The notes: generated by a model not told the origin, from the letters alone. A stretch of DNA of 64,000 bases from an uncultured Lachnospiraceae bacterium (GCA_905235415.1 CAJOKX010000001.1:208-64207), one strand, 5' to 3'; shown: positions 1 through 8,806, numbered from the stretch's first letter. Made by a program: numbers and translations.

Positions 1-212
1 GCATACAGAGGATGGCAGGTGAAAGGAAGAAGCGCCGAAGGTGTACTGTATTCGGGGGCAGCTGCACCTGGGTGCAGGTCAAACAGGTCTGCAACTGTCA
101 TCATATCCATGATGGAGCGCTATCACCATATAGTCTGGTCTGGACAGGATTCTGTACCGGGACAGATTCTGGGCGGGCGCTGTATGTGCCGGCTCGTTTT
201 CATTTTATTTTT
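1..212 (+). promoter_or_regulatory. Lysine riboswitch (L-box). The 5' P1 strand is cut off by the window edge. A candidate intrinsic terminator follows at 171-212.
   Basis: L-box core strings occur in canonical order upstream of dapA: GAAAGG (21-26), GCGCCGAAG (32-40), CCTGG (67-71), ACTGTCA (94-100), TGGAGCGCTATCACC (113-127). An imperfect GC stem at 171-195 is followed by a T-rich run at 196-212. Confidence 0.6.
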
Positions 213-261
213 CATCGCGCCGGCCGGGATCACAGCCGGTTGTGTGAAAAGGAGGATTCAT

Positions 262-1146
262 ATGGCTATATTCAAGGGAGCAGGCGTTGCGATCGTTACT
301 CCGATGAACGCAGACGAAAGTGTGAACTATGAGAAGCTCAATGAGCTGATTGACGAGCAGATCGAGGGCGGAACGGACGCCATCATCATCTGCGGAACCA
401 CAGGAGAGTCCGCGACTCTTACAGTGGAGGAGCATCTGAAGACCATCAAGGCGTGCATTGACCATGTGAATCACAGGGTTCCCGTGATCGCAGGCACCGG
501 TTCGAACTGTACGAGGGATGCAGTCGCCATGTCGAAGGAGGCGCAGGACTACGGTGCGGACGCGCTTCTGTGCGTCACGCCGTATTACAACAAGGCAACC
601 CAGAAGGGGCTGATCGAGCACTACACGGCAATCTCGGACGCTGTCGATATTCCGATCATTGTCTACAACGTCCCGAGCCGTACGGGCTGCAATGTCACGC
701 CCGAGACGATCGCGTATCTGTGCACACATACGAAGAACATCTGCGCCATCAAGGAGGCAAGCGGCAATATTTCCCAGATAGCAAGGATGAAGGCGCTTGC
801 AGGAGATGCGCTGGATATCTATTCGGGCAATGACGACCAGATCGTTCCGATCCTCTCTCTGGGCGGCGTCGGGGTCATCTCGGTCCTGTCCAATGTCGCG
901 CCCCGGCAGACGCATGAGATCTGCCAGGCATGGTTTGACGGCGATCCGCAGAAGGCAGCCAGGCTGCAGCTCGAGGCGCTTGACCTGGTGGACGCTCTGT
1001 TCTGCGAGGTCAACCCGATCCCGGTCAAGACCGCGATGAACCTGCTGGGCAAGGAGGTCGGACCGCTGCGGATGCCGATGAGTGAGATGGAGCCGAAGAA
1101 TGTCGAGCGGCTGAAGAAGTCGATGGAGGCATACGGAATCCTGTAA
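262..1146 (+). CDS. dapA: 4-hydroxy-tetrahydrodipicolinate synthase
   Basis: The translation MAIFKGAGVAIVTPM...CGTTGE...YNKATQ..VYNVPSRTG is typical DapA. The ATG at 262 is preceded by GGAGG (251-255). The upstream part of ORF 19..1146 overlaps the riboswitch. Confidence 0.9.
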   Translation: MAIFKGAGVAIVTPMNADESVNYEKLNELIDEQIEGGTDAIIICGTTGESATLTVEEHLKTIKACIDHVNHRVPVIAGTGSNCTRDAVAMSKEAQDYGADALLCVTPYYNKATQKGLIEHYTAISDAVDIPIIVYNVPSRTGCNVTPETIAYLCTHTKNICAIKEASGNISQIARMKALAGDALDIYSGNDDQIVPILSLGGVGVISVLSNVAPRQTHEICQAWFDGDPQKAARLQLEALDLVDALFCEVNPIPVKTAMNLLGKEVGPLRMPMSEMEPKNVERLKKSMEAYGIL

Positions 1147-1179
1147 GGACCGGTGCCGGTTGATGTGGAGAGAAGGACT

Positions 1180-1921
1180 ATGACAAAGATATTGATGGTT
1201 GGCTGCAACGGCCGTATGGGCAGAGTGATTACACAGCTGGCGCAGGCGGATCCTGACGTTGAGATCATCGCCGGCGTGGATATTGCCGGAGAATGCGCGG
1301 GAAGCTACCCGGTGGTTTCTTCATTTGACCAGATCGGGGAAGAGGCGGACGTGATCGTGGACTTCAGTTCACCGAAGGTGTTCGACGCGATGCTGGACTA
1401 TGCGCTGGAAAAGAAGATCCCGGCGGTTGTGTGTACGACCGGACTGTCGGAGGAACAGATCGCGCGTCTGGATGCGGCGTCTGAGAGCATCGCCAAACAT
1501 GTCCCTGGGGATCAACCTGCTGCTCAAGCTGGTGAAGGAAGCTGCGCCGACGCTTGCGAAGGCAGGGTTTGACATCGAGATCGTGGAGCGCCACCACAAC
1601 CAGAAGAAGGACGCTCCGAGCGGAACGGCCCTGGCTCTTGCAGACAGTATCAACGAGAGCCTGGATGAGGCCTGCGAATATATCTATGACCGTTCGGACC
1701 GCATGCAGAAGAGGGATCCGAAGGAGATCGGCATCAGCGCGGTAAGGGGCGGCACGATTCCGGGAACCCATGAGGTGATTTTTGCCGGCGAGGATGAAGT
1801 CATAGAACTGACGCATCTGGCGTATTCCAGGAATATATTCGGAAAAGGAGCGCTGTCTGCGGCGAAATTCCTTGCAGGAAAGAGCGCAAAGTTTTATAGT
1901 ATGGCAGATGTAATTGGCTGA
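1180..1921 (+). pseudogene. dapB: 4-hydroxy-tetrahydrodipicolinate reductase, reading frame interrupted near 1490-1495
   Basis: The N-terminal NAD(P)-binding half (MTKILMVGCNGRMGR...VVCTTGLSEEQ) lies in frame 1. The C-terminal half (SPNMSLGINLL...ERHHNQKKDAPSGTA...RGGTIPGTHEVIFAG) lies in frame 2. The two ORF-track entries 1153..1572 and 1400..1921 overlap. Confidence 0.75.
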
Positions 1922-1978
1922 GAGACACCTGTTGATACAGACAGGACGAAACGGACAGATCGGGGAGAGACGCATAAC

Positions 1979-3298
1979 ATGATAAAGGTGGCAAAATTCG
2001 GCGGAAGTTCGCTTGCGAGTGCGCAGCAGATGGAGAAGGTCGGGGCAATCATACGCTCGGATCCGGACAGGAAGTATATCATTCCCTCTGCGCCCGGGAA
2101 GCGGTTTTCGGATGACACAAAGGTCACGGATATGCTGTACCAGTGTTATGACGCGGCATCCGGCGGCGAGGAGATTGACGAAAAGATCGCCCGGATCGCG
2201 GCGCGCTATCAGGAGATCATAGACGGGCTTGGCATCGATCTGAGCCTGGACGACGAATTTGCCCTGATCAAGGATCTGTTCAAGAGAAGAGCCGGTCGGG
2301 ACTACGCGGCCAGCCGCGGCGAGTATCTGAACGGCATGGTGCTTGCAGCGTATCTCGGATACCGGTTCATTGACGCAAAGGAAGTGATCCTGTTTGACGC
2401 GCACGGCAATTTTGACGCAGAGCGCACGAACGATGTCGCGCGCGAGCGCCTGAAGAGTGTCGATCGGGCGGTCATCCCGGGATTCTACGGAGCGATGCCG
2501 GACGGGAGCATCAAGACCTTCTCGAGAGGCGGATCCGATATCACCGGATCCATCATTTCCAGAGCCGTACACGCCAACGTGTATGAGAACTGGACGGACG
2601 TATCCGGATGCCTTGCCTGCGATCCGCGTCTGGTAGAGAATCCGGAAGTCATCGAGACCGTCACCTACCGCGAACTGCGCGAGCTGTCCTACATGGGCGC
2701 TTCGGTACTGCATGAAGACTCGATCTTCCCGGTCCGCGTGGAAGGCATCCCGATCAATATCCGCAACACGAACCGTCCGGAGGACGAGGGCACCCTGATC
2801 GTGGAGTCGACGATCCGCAGCCCGCGGCACGTCATCACAGGCGTCGCAGGCAGGAAGGGATTCTGTTCGATCAATATCGACAAGGCGATGATGAACTCCG
2901 AGATCGGGTTCGGCCGCAGGGTCCTGCAGGTATTCGAGGAAAATAACATTTCCTTTGAGCATACGCCTTCCGGGATCGACACGTTCTCCGTCCTGGTGCA
3001 CCAGGAAGAATTCGCCAACAAAGAGCAGGACGTGATCGCGGGCCTGCACAGAGCAGTGAATCCGGACAATATCTATCTGGAGAGCGATCTGGCGCTGGTT
3101 GCGATTGTGGGACGCGGCATGAAAAACGCACAGGGTACTGCAAGCAGGCTGTGCACGGCGCTGGCGCGCGCGGGCGTCAACATCAAGATGATCGACCAGG
3201 GCTCCAGCGAGCTGAACATCATCATCGGCGTGCGGGATGAGGACTTTGAGCGGACCATCCGCGCGATCTATAATGAATTCATAGCGAATGACAATTAA
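1979..3298 (+). CDS. lysC: Aspartate kinase
   Basis: MIKVAKFGGSSLAS... is the N-terminal kinase motif. The protein is 439 aa with a C-terminal ACT-like region (IVGRGM..NIKMIDQGSSELNI). Confidence 0.85.
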   Translation: MIKVAKFGGSSLASAQQMEKVGAIIRSDPDRKYIIPSAPGKRFSDDTKVTDMLYQCYDAASGGEEIDEKIARIAARYQEIIDGLGIDLSLDDEFALIKDLFKRRAGRDYAASRGEYLNGMVLAAYLGYRFIDAKEVILFDAHGNFDAERTNDVARERLKSVDRAVIPGFYGAMPDGSIKTFSRGGSDITGSIISRAVHANVYENWTDVSGCLACDPRLVENPEVIETVTYRELRELSYMGASVLHEDSIFPVRVEGIPINIRNTNRPEDEGTLIVESTIRSPRHVITGVAGRKGFCSINIDKAMMNSEIGFGRRVLQVFEENNISFEHTPSGIDTFSVLVHQEEFANKEQDVIAGLHRAVNPDNIYLESDLALVAIVGRGMKNAQGTASRLCTALARAGVNIKMIDQGSSELNIIIGVRDEDFERTIRAIYNEFIANDN

Positions 3299-3300
3299 AA

Positions 3301-3341
3301 CGAAGAAGCGGAGGGGCTGCCCCTCCGCTTCTTCGCTTTTT
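3301..3341. terminator. Rho-independent terminator between convergent genes
   Basis: A perfect 15-bp stem (GAAGAAGCGGAGGGG / CCCCTCCGCTTCTTC) with a CTGC loop is followed by CTTTTT. Confidence 0.8.
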
Positions 3342-3378
3342 GCCTTTCGATTAGCAGGCACAGGGGCCTTTCCCCTGC

Positions 3379-3515
3379 ATCACGTCTGCGGACTGATCAC
3401 ATATGCCGCATACTGCGTGATTATGTCTGCGGACTGATCACATATGCCGCATACTGCGCGATCACGTCTGCGGACTGATTACATACGCCGCATACTGCGC
3501 GATCACGTCTGCAGT
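3379..3515. repeat. 41-bp tandem repeat, about 3.3 copies
   Basis: GTCTGCGG recurs at 3384, 3425, 3466 and 3507, giving a 41-nt period. The repeat spans the stop codon (3462) of the minus-strand gene. Confidence 0.9.
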
Positions 3516-5195
3516 CTGTGCCATCAGCTCCGGATCCGGCTCAACGGGTTCGGATTCTTCTTCCGTCTCGCTCTCTTCCGGGAGGATTCCGTCTGCATCG
3601 TCAGCAGCAGCGTCCGGCGCTTCATCCTGCGCATCCTCCGACGAGAGCGCTGCGTCTTCCAGCGCGATGATCTGCGCATCATTGAAGGTGTCGGCAGTTT
3701 CATAGATTCCGTCACGCTGCATTTCTCCCAGAGCCAGGAGCACACTGTTTTGCGTCAGATCCGCGAGACCGAGATCCTGCGCCTTCTGATAGGCCTCAAG
3801 GTCACGGGCCGGGTCGTACTGAGAGATCTGCGCAGCCGTAAATTCCGCGTTTGCGAAAACGCTCTGGATCGAATGAAGGTCCGGATTCGTCAGGGGATCT
3901 GCGTCTTCAGAGACGACGTACGGATCCGGCAGGCAGCTCCAGATATATGGAATCTTCTCTTCATCCTCCGGGGTCTCGGTTTCCGTCTCAGACGCCTGCC
4001 CCTCCTGGGAGGATTCACCGGCCAGGCTGGTCGCATCTGCCAGCTCTATGGCGTCGGTCTGTATGGCGTCGGTCTGTGTGGCGTCGGTCTGTATGCCGTC
4101 GGCCTGTATTCCGTCAGCTGCGGCATCCTCCAGGGAGACGCCGGCCGCAGCCAGGGCACCCTCCGGCATCGGACGAAGACCTTCCAGAATCAGACCTGCT
4201 TCCTGTTTGACGCCGCACTCCTGCACCATGGATACCACGTCATTCGTTTCACCGGTCAATGTCTTGATGATGTCCGGCATGCCGGTGTTATAGCCGGTGC
4301 GGTCGACTGCCAGAACGCCCTTCACGTTCGAACGGTTCTCTTCGCTCAGGAAATCGATAAACGACTGTGCGCCGTATCCGCCGTCTTCCTGCCCGGAGAG
4401 GAACAGGAAGCACAGATCCGTATCCGACTCGAACTGAGAGAGGATGCGGGCCGTCTCCAGAAGGATGGCCGCCCCGGTCTTGTCGTTGAAATAGGGATCC
4501 TCCTCCGGAGAAAGCGCTTCTTCCGAAACGGTTTCTGTCATAAGCTCTGCAAGCGGGCTTCCTCCTTCCGGGACGGTTTTGGAATCATAGTGGGTAACCA
4601 GAAGCAGGATATCTTTGGTGCGCTTCTCCTGGGAATCCGCGCCGCGTTCCGCGATGAGGTTGACGCCGGGAGCGTCGATGCCGTTGATATTCAGGAACCC
4701 TTCGTGGAACGGCTGCTGCGAGACAGAATACCCGAGCGATTTCATTTCCGATTCAATGTAGGCTGCCGCTTCCAGTTCGCCCTGCGATCCGGTTGCGCTC
4801 GGCTTCTGCAGGAGCGCCTCCAGATGAAGAGCGATGCGCTGCGGGTCTGCGGAAGGCAGGCCGATCTCACCCAGGGTCAGTTCCCGGATCCCGTCCTCTT
4901 CGATGCCTTCGAGAGAGATTCCTTCGACGCCTTCATCGTAGGAAGATCCGTCGTCGAGCAGGAAATCATCGGACAGATCATATGAATCGTCCTCCTCATA
5001 GTCATCGTAGGCGTCCGCGTCATCTTCCGGAAACAGGTCCGAACTGTCATCGTAATCGGAGCCGTCATCGAAGATGATCTCATCCGCCGGCGCGGCGAAG
5101 GAAGCGCTCATAAGTACGCATGCGGCAAGAAGAGCGGAAAAGGACCGTGAGGCTTTGCCAAAGTGCAGAAAACTGTCTGGAAAATGAAGCATCAT
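3462..5195 (-). CDS. Secreted M28-family (aminopeptidase-like) protein with poly-acidic N- and C-terminal regions
   Basis: There is a signal-peptide-like N-terminus (ALLAACVLMSASFAAPA). M28-like strings are present: LLLVTHYDS, DKTGAAILLETARIL, LFLSGQEDGGYG. The start is placed at the ATG 5 nt after GAAGGAA. Confidence 0.55.
   Translation of the reverse strand: MMLHFPDSFLHFGKASRSFSALLAACVLMSASFAAPADEIIFDDGSDYDDSSDLFPEDDADAYDDYEEDDSYDLSDDFLLDDGSSYDEGVEGISLEGIEEDGIRELTLGEIGLPSADPQRIALHLEALLQKPSATGSQGELEAAAYIESEMKSLGYSVSQQPFHEGFLNINGIDAPGVNLIAERGADSQEKRTKDILLLVTHYDSKTVPEGGSPLAELMTETVSEEALSPEEDPYFNDKTGAAILLETARILSQFESDTDLCFLFLSGQEDGGYGAQSFIDFLSEENRSNVKGVLAVDRTGYNTGMPDIIKTLTGETNDVVSMVQECGVKQEAGLILEGLRPMPEGALAAAGVSLEDAAADGIQADGIQTDATQTDAIQTDAIELADATSLAGESSQEGQASETETETPEDEEKIPYIWSCLPDPYVVSEDADPLTNPDLHSIQSVFANAEFTAAQISQYDPARDLEAYQKAQDLGLADLTQNSVLLALGEMQRDGIYETADTFNDAQIIALEDAALSSEDAQDEAPDAAADDADGILPEESETEEESEPVEPDPELMAQTADVIAQYAAYVISPQT
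4048..4122. repeat. 15-nt in-frame tandem repeat (about 5 copies) inside the M28-like gene
   Basis: ATGGCGTCGGTCTGT and variants are repeated back-to-back. They encode ADGIQADGIQTDATQTDAIQTDA on the minus strand. Confidence 0.85.
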
Positions 5196-5375
5196 ACATT
5201 CCTTCTTTCTTGGATAATACAAATGTATTGTTATACAGTCTCATTGTACAGTATCCGGAACACAACTGCAACGAACCGGATGAAAGCAGATCAGGCAGGT
5301 CAGGGCCGGCGGGGCCGGGGACTGGGGCAGAATGGACAGTCCTGGGGCGTGGAATATGCAGCTCCGCCGTTCAGG

Positions 5376-5404
5376 TTGACTGCAAAAAACAGCGGTGATA
5401 CACT
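5376..5404 (+). promoter_or_regulatory. Candidate sigma-A promoter for ilvE
   Basis: TTGACT, a 17-nt spacer, then TACACT. Confidence 0.45.
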
Positions 5405-5457
5405 TAAAAAAGCGTGATATTCCCCGGAAACAGGGAGATAGAAGAGGAAAGGCGGCA

Positions 5458-6498
5458 ATGACTATGGTAGAGAAGAAGAATATCGACTGGTCGTCACTTG
5501 GATTCAATTATCAAAAGACCGACTATCGTTTTGTATCCAATTATAAGGATGGTTCCTGGGACGAGGGTACCCTGACACAGGATGACCAGGTTGTCATCAC
5601 AGAGTGCGCAGGCGTCCTGCAGTATTCACAGTCCTGCTTTGAGGGACTCAAGGCGTATACCACCAAAGACGGTCACATCGTCACATTCCGTCCGGACATG
5701 AACGCGCAGCGCATGAAGGATTCCTGCGAGCGTCTGGAGATGCCGGTCTATCCCGTAGACAAATGGGTCGAGGCGGTCGAGAAGGTTGTCCGCGCCAATG
5801 AAGCATGGGTCGCTCCGTACGGAAGCGGCGCTACCCTGTACCTGCGTCCGTACATGTTCGGAAGCAGCGCCGTCATCGGCGTGAAGCCTGCGGAAGAATA
5901 TCAGTTCCGTATCTTCGCCACCCCGGTCGGACCGTACTTCAAGGGCGGCGCGAAGCCGATCACGATCCGGATCTCCGACTATGACCGCGCGGCGCCGCAC
6001 GGCACCGGCCACATCAAGGCAGGCCTGAACTATGCGATGAGCCTGTTCCAGATCATGGACGCGCACCGCAACGGATTCGACGAGAACCTCTATCTGGATC
6101 CGGCGACCCGCACAAAGATTGAAGAGACGGGCGGCGCCAATGTGCTCCTGGTGAAGAAGGACGGCACGATCGTTGTCCCGAAGAGCCCGAGCATCCTTCC
6201 GTCCATCACCCGCAGAAGCCTGGTCACCATCGCAGGCGATCTGCTGGGCATGAAGGTCGAGGAGAGAGAAGTCCTGTTCCAGGAAGTGAGAGACGGCGAG
6301 TTCGCAGAGTGCGGACTGTGCGGAACCGCAGCCGTGATCTCCCCGGTCGGACGCATCTACGACCATGGAACCTATTATGATCTGCCGAGCGGCATGGAAG
6401 GCATGGGCCCGGTCATTAAGAAACTGTACGACACCCTGACCGGCATCCAGATGGGCACCATCGAAGGACCGGAAGGCTGGGTACACGTCATCGACTGA
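5458..6498 (+). CDS. ilvE: Branched-chain amino acid aminotransferase
   Basis: MTMVEKKNIDWSSLGFNY...FEGLKAY...LYLRPYMFG... is characteristic of class IV aminotransferases. Confidence 0.85.
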   Translation: MTMVEKKNIDWSSLGFNYQKTDYRFVSNYKDGSWDEGTLTQDDQVVITECAGVLQYSQSCFEGLKAYTTKDGHIVTFRPDMNAQRMKDSCERLEMPVYPVDKWVEAVEKVVRANEAWVAPYGSGATLYLRPYMFGSSAVIGVKPAEEYQFRIFATPVGPYFKGGAKPITIRISDYDRAAPHGTGHIKAGLNYAMSLFQIMDAHRNGFDENLYLDPATRTKIEETGGANVLLVKKDGTIVVPKSPSILPSITRRSLVTIAGDLLGMKVEEREVLFQEVRDGEFAECGLCGTAAVISPVGRIYDHGTYYDLPSGMEGMGPVIKKLYDTLTGIQMGTIEGPEGWVHVID

Positions 6499-6546
6499 GC
6501 CAGTTGCGCGGCAGCCATATCGGAACACAGAATCAGACAGCACAAA

Positions 6547-6574
6547 GGGCGGGACGAAACAGTCCCGCCCTTTT
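6547..6574 (+). terminator. Rho-independent terminator after ilvE
   Basis: The GGGCGGGAC / GTCCCGCCC stem is followed by TTTT. Confidence 0.8.
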
Positions 6575-6707
6575 GAGTCCCGGCGTTTATTTGGTCTTGA
6601 TCTTCTTCGCGCTGTTCCAGTTTGAATATCCGATTCCGTCGAAGTACCGGACGCGGAGCGGAGCAAGCGGACTCTCTGGCCGTATGATTTAATTGCTATT
6701 GTTGCTC

Positions 6708-6804
6708 TTGACTTAGCCGAACGGCATAGGGTAAAGTGAAGACGGAAGAAATTAGCCGAACGGCAAAATACGATCGCTGATGATTGCAATTTTGCCGAAC
6801 GGCA
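6708..6804 (+). promoter_or_regulatory. Candidate hipBA promoter (TTGACT-18-TAAAGT, 6708-6737) with three copies of an 11-nt near-palindromic motif
   Basis: GCCGAACGGCA occurs at 6716-6726, 6755-6765 and 6794-6804, an exact 39-nt spacing. The first copy sits in the -35/-10 spacer. Confidence 0.5.
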
Positions 6805-6821
6805 TAATGGGAGGTGGTTTT

Positions 6822-7031
6822 GTGATTGCAGATGCGAAGGATTTCGGAGAAACTCTGCGTCGACGGCGCAAAGAGCTCGGATACACGCAGGCTTTCCTTT
6901 CCGAGTTCAGCGGATTCAGCGTGACTTTTATCTCTGATTTGGAAAATGGAAAGAGTACCGCGGAACTGGGAAAAGCGATCTACCTTGCCAATCTTCTTGG
7001 CCTGAATTGTTCGCTGACGCCGAGGAGCTGA
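6822..7031 (+). CDS. hipB: XRE-family HTH antitoxin, HipB-like
   Basis: The HTH region is LRRRRKELGYTQAFLSEFSGFSVTFISDLENGK. GTG 6822 lies 7 nt after GGAGGTG. The gene sits immediately upstream of hipA. Confidence 0.75.
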   Translation: MIADAKDFGETLRRRRKELGYTQAFLSEFSGFSVTFISDLENGKSTAELGKAIYLANLLGLNCSLTPRS

Positions 7032-7034
7032 CCG

Positions 7035-8312
7035 ATGAAAAAACTGTATGTAAGCGTAGAAAAGAACGGAGAGCTTGTCCCCGTTGGTACAATAACCGGG
7101 GAGACTGCTGCTGATGCCCGTTTTCGATATCTCGATGAATATCGGGAAGGAGACGGAACTTCGGTTTCTGTCAGTCTGCCCCTGCAGGAAGACGCCTTTA
7201 CTGCAGAACAGACGATCAGTTATTTTGAGGGACTCCTTCCGGAAGGCTTCACCCGGCGTACAGTCGCCCAGTGGATGCATGTTGATGAGGGAGACTATCT
7301 TTCCATTCTGCATGGGTTGGGGCGCGAGTGCCTCGGTGCCGTCTGCATCACGGATGATAATGACTCTGCAGGCGCTTCCTATGAACGAATCACTGAGGCA
7401 GAGGTGCGGGAACTGGCAGCCGAAGGAGCGACAAAGTCAGCAGAACTCGTTACCAAGTCGCACCTCTCACTTACCGGTGCTTCCGGTAAGGTCGGACTGT
7501 ATTACGATACCCGGACAGGTTCCTGGTATCTGCCGCACGGAACAGCTCCAAGTACTCACATTGTCAAGCAGAGCCATGTGCGGCTTGAAGCAATCGTGAC
7601 CAATGAAAAACTGTCGCTGATGACTGCCGCTCGTTGCGGACTTGATACTCCGGAGAGCTTTATTATCAACACTGGGAAGGGCGAAGAGCATGAGGTACTC
7701 TTCGCTGCGCAGCGGTACGACAGGCTGTTTGAGCCTGACGGTAAGGTTATCAACGGGCTGCCGAGGCCGTGCCGTCTTCACCAGGAGGATTTTGCCCAGG
7801 CTATGGGCATTCCTGCTGCCGCAAAGTATGAGCGGGAACCATGTGGTTACCTGAAGGGCATGTTTGAAATCCTCAGGATGTATTCCAGTGATCCTGTTGC
7901 CGATCAGTTGAAGCTGTGGGATATTTTTGTTTTTGACTACTTAATCGGCAATACCGATGCCCACATCAAGAACTTCTCTCTCCTGTATGGGAGGGATCTA
8001 AAACAGATCCGGCTTGCACCGGCCTACGATATCGTGAGTACGGTCATTTACGAGCAGAGCACCAGAGACATGGCTTTCTGCATCGGCGGTGCATTATCTC
8101 TGGATGAGCTGACCCGAGATTCTTTCCGGCAGGCAGCGCGGGAAGTCGGTCTCGGTGAGAGAATGGCGATGCGCCGGTTCGATGCGATGGCAGAGCGGTT
8201 CAGGGCGGCGCTTCATGCAGCCTCCGAAGAACTTCAGGCAGACGGATATCCTAAGGCTGCCGAGATTGAAGCCAGAATTCTGGAAACAGCAGGCATTAAA
8301 ACCCTTCGCTAA
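7035..8312 (+). CDS. hipA: HipA-family serine/threonine kinase toxin
   Basis: The protein is 425 aa with N-terminal HipA coupling-domain-like sequence (YFEGLLPEG) and the catalytic-region string DYLIGNTDAHIKNFSLLY. Confidence 0.85.
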   Translation: MKKLYVSVEKNGELVPVGTITGETAADARFRYLDEYREGDGTSVSVSLPLQEDAFTAEQTISYFEGLLPEGFTRRTVAQWMHVDEGDYLSILHGLGRECLGAVCITDDNDSAGASYERITEAEVRELAAEGATKSAELVTKSHLSLTGASGKVGLYYDTRTGSWYLPHGTAPSTHIVKQSHVRLEAIVTNEKLSLMTAARCGLDTPESFIINTGKGEEHEVLFAAQRYDRLFEPDGKVINGLPRPCRLHQEDFAQAMGIPAAAKYEREPCGYLKGMFEILRMYSSDPVADQLKLWDIFVFDYLIGNTDAHIKNFSLLYGRDLKQIRLAPAYDIVSTVIYEQSTRDMAFCIGGALSLDELTRDSFRQAAREVGLGERMAMRRFDAMAERFRAALHAASEELQADGYPKAAEIEARILETAGIKTLR

Positions 8313-8379
8313 AGCCAGTCAAGTGAAAGGCGGTCCACAGCTGATATAAACAGATTCGGCTGTGTTGTTACCCTTAAAA

Positions 8380-8746
8380 AACGAAAAAGATCGTTCCGAA
8401 AAATGTTGAAAAATGAAAAAGATCATTCTGAAAAATGTAAACACGCGCCATCGCTGTTTTGGGAAGAATCCACCAGGTCTGGAATTCGATTCCGCAGCAG
8501 CTTGCCAAACGCAACAGCAGATTCATCTACGGCGATATCCAAAAAGGAGCCAGAGCCAGAGACTTTGAGATGGCGATTGAGTGGCTGCTGGACGCGGGCA
8601 TCATTTACAAAGTACCGCGGGTCCGGAAGGCGGGAATACCACTGAAGTTTTATGAAGATGTTTCGGCATTTAAACTCTATCTGCTGGATCACGGACTGAT
8701 GGGTGCCATGGTGGATGCACCGATTGCCGAAAGCAGGACTGGATGA
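8380..8746 (+). pseudogene. Remnant of an AAA-ATPase gene (the family with a C-terminal DUF4143-like region). Only the C-terminal part remains, and it is frameshifted.
   Basis: KHAPS lies in frame 3 (about 8442-8456) and VWNSIPQQLAK..GARARDFEMAIEWLLDAGIIYKV..FKLYLLDHGLMGAM lies in frame 2. No Walker motifs are present upstream. A 26-bp direct duplication sits at 8380-8437. Confidence 0.6.
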
Positions 8747-8806
8747 TCAATATACCGCTATATGCGGCATGCAGAATCCGCGATTATTGAGAAGTGTTCG
8801 TGTGTC

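Noticed and set aside
1364-3361. Very long antisense ORFs (e.g. 1364..3361 -, 3444..4985 +, 21453..23240 -, 28579..30819 -, 48618..50858 +, 55662..57476 -, 60237..61877 -).
   Set aside because: Each lies opposite a gene with clear family motifs, and some span two opposite-strand genes. Their translations are R/P/G/A-rich and motif-free, as expected for stop-poor antisense frames in GC-rich DNA.
3379-3515. CRISPR-like arrays among the 40-45-bp repeats (also 14078-14200 and 18822-18907).
   Set aside because: The repeats are directly abutting with no unique spacers, and only 2-3 copies are present. No cas genes are in the window.
6587-6688. Stop-terminated frame on the minus strand (...RVRYFDGIGYSNWNSAKKIKTK*), and a similar plus-strand fragment at 9514-9639 (...KFIFPYDKSVTIKAKSANVKPQPTKVTEKVKTK*).
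   Set aside because: Neither has a start codon or RBS, both are under 45 codons, and I recognise no family. They are mentioned only as possible gene remnants bounding the islet, not annotated.
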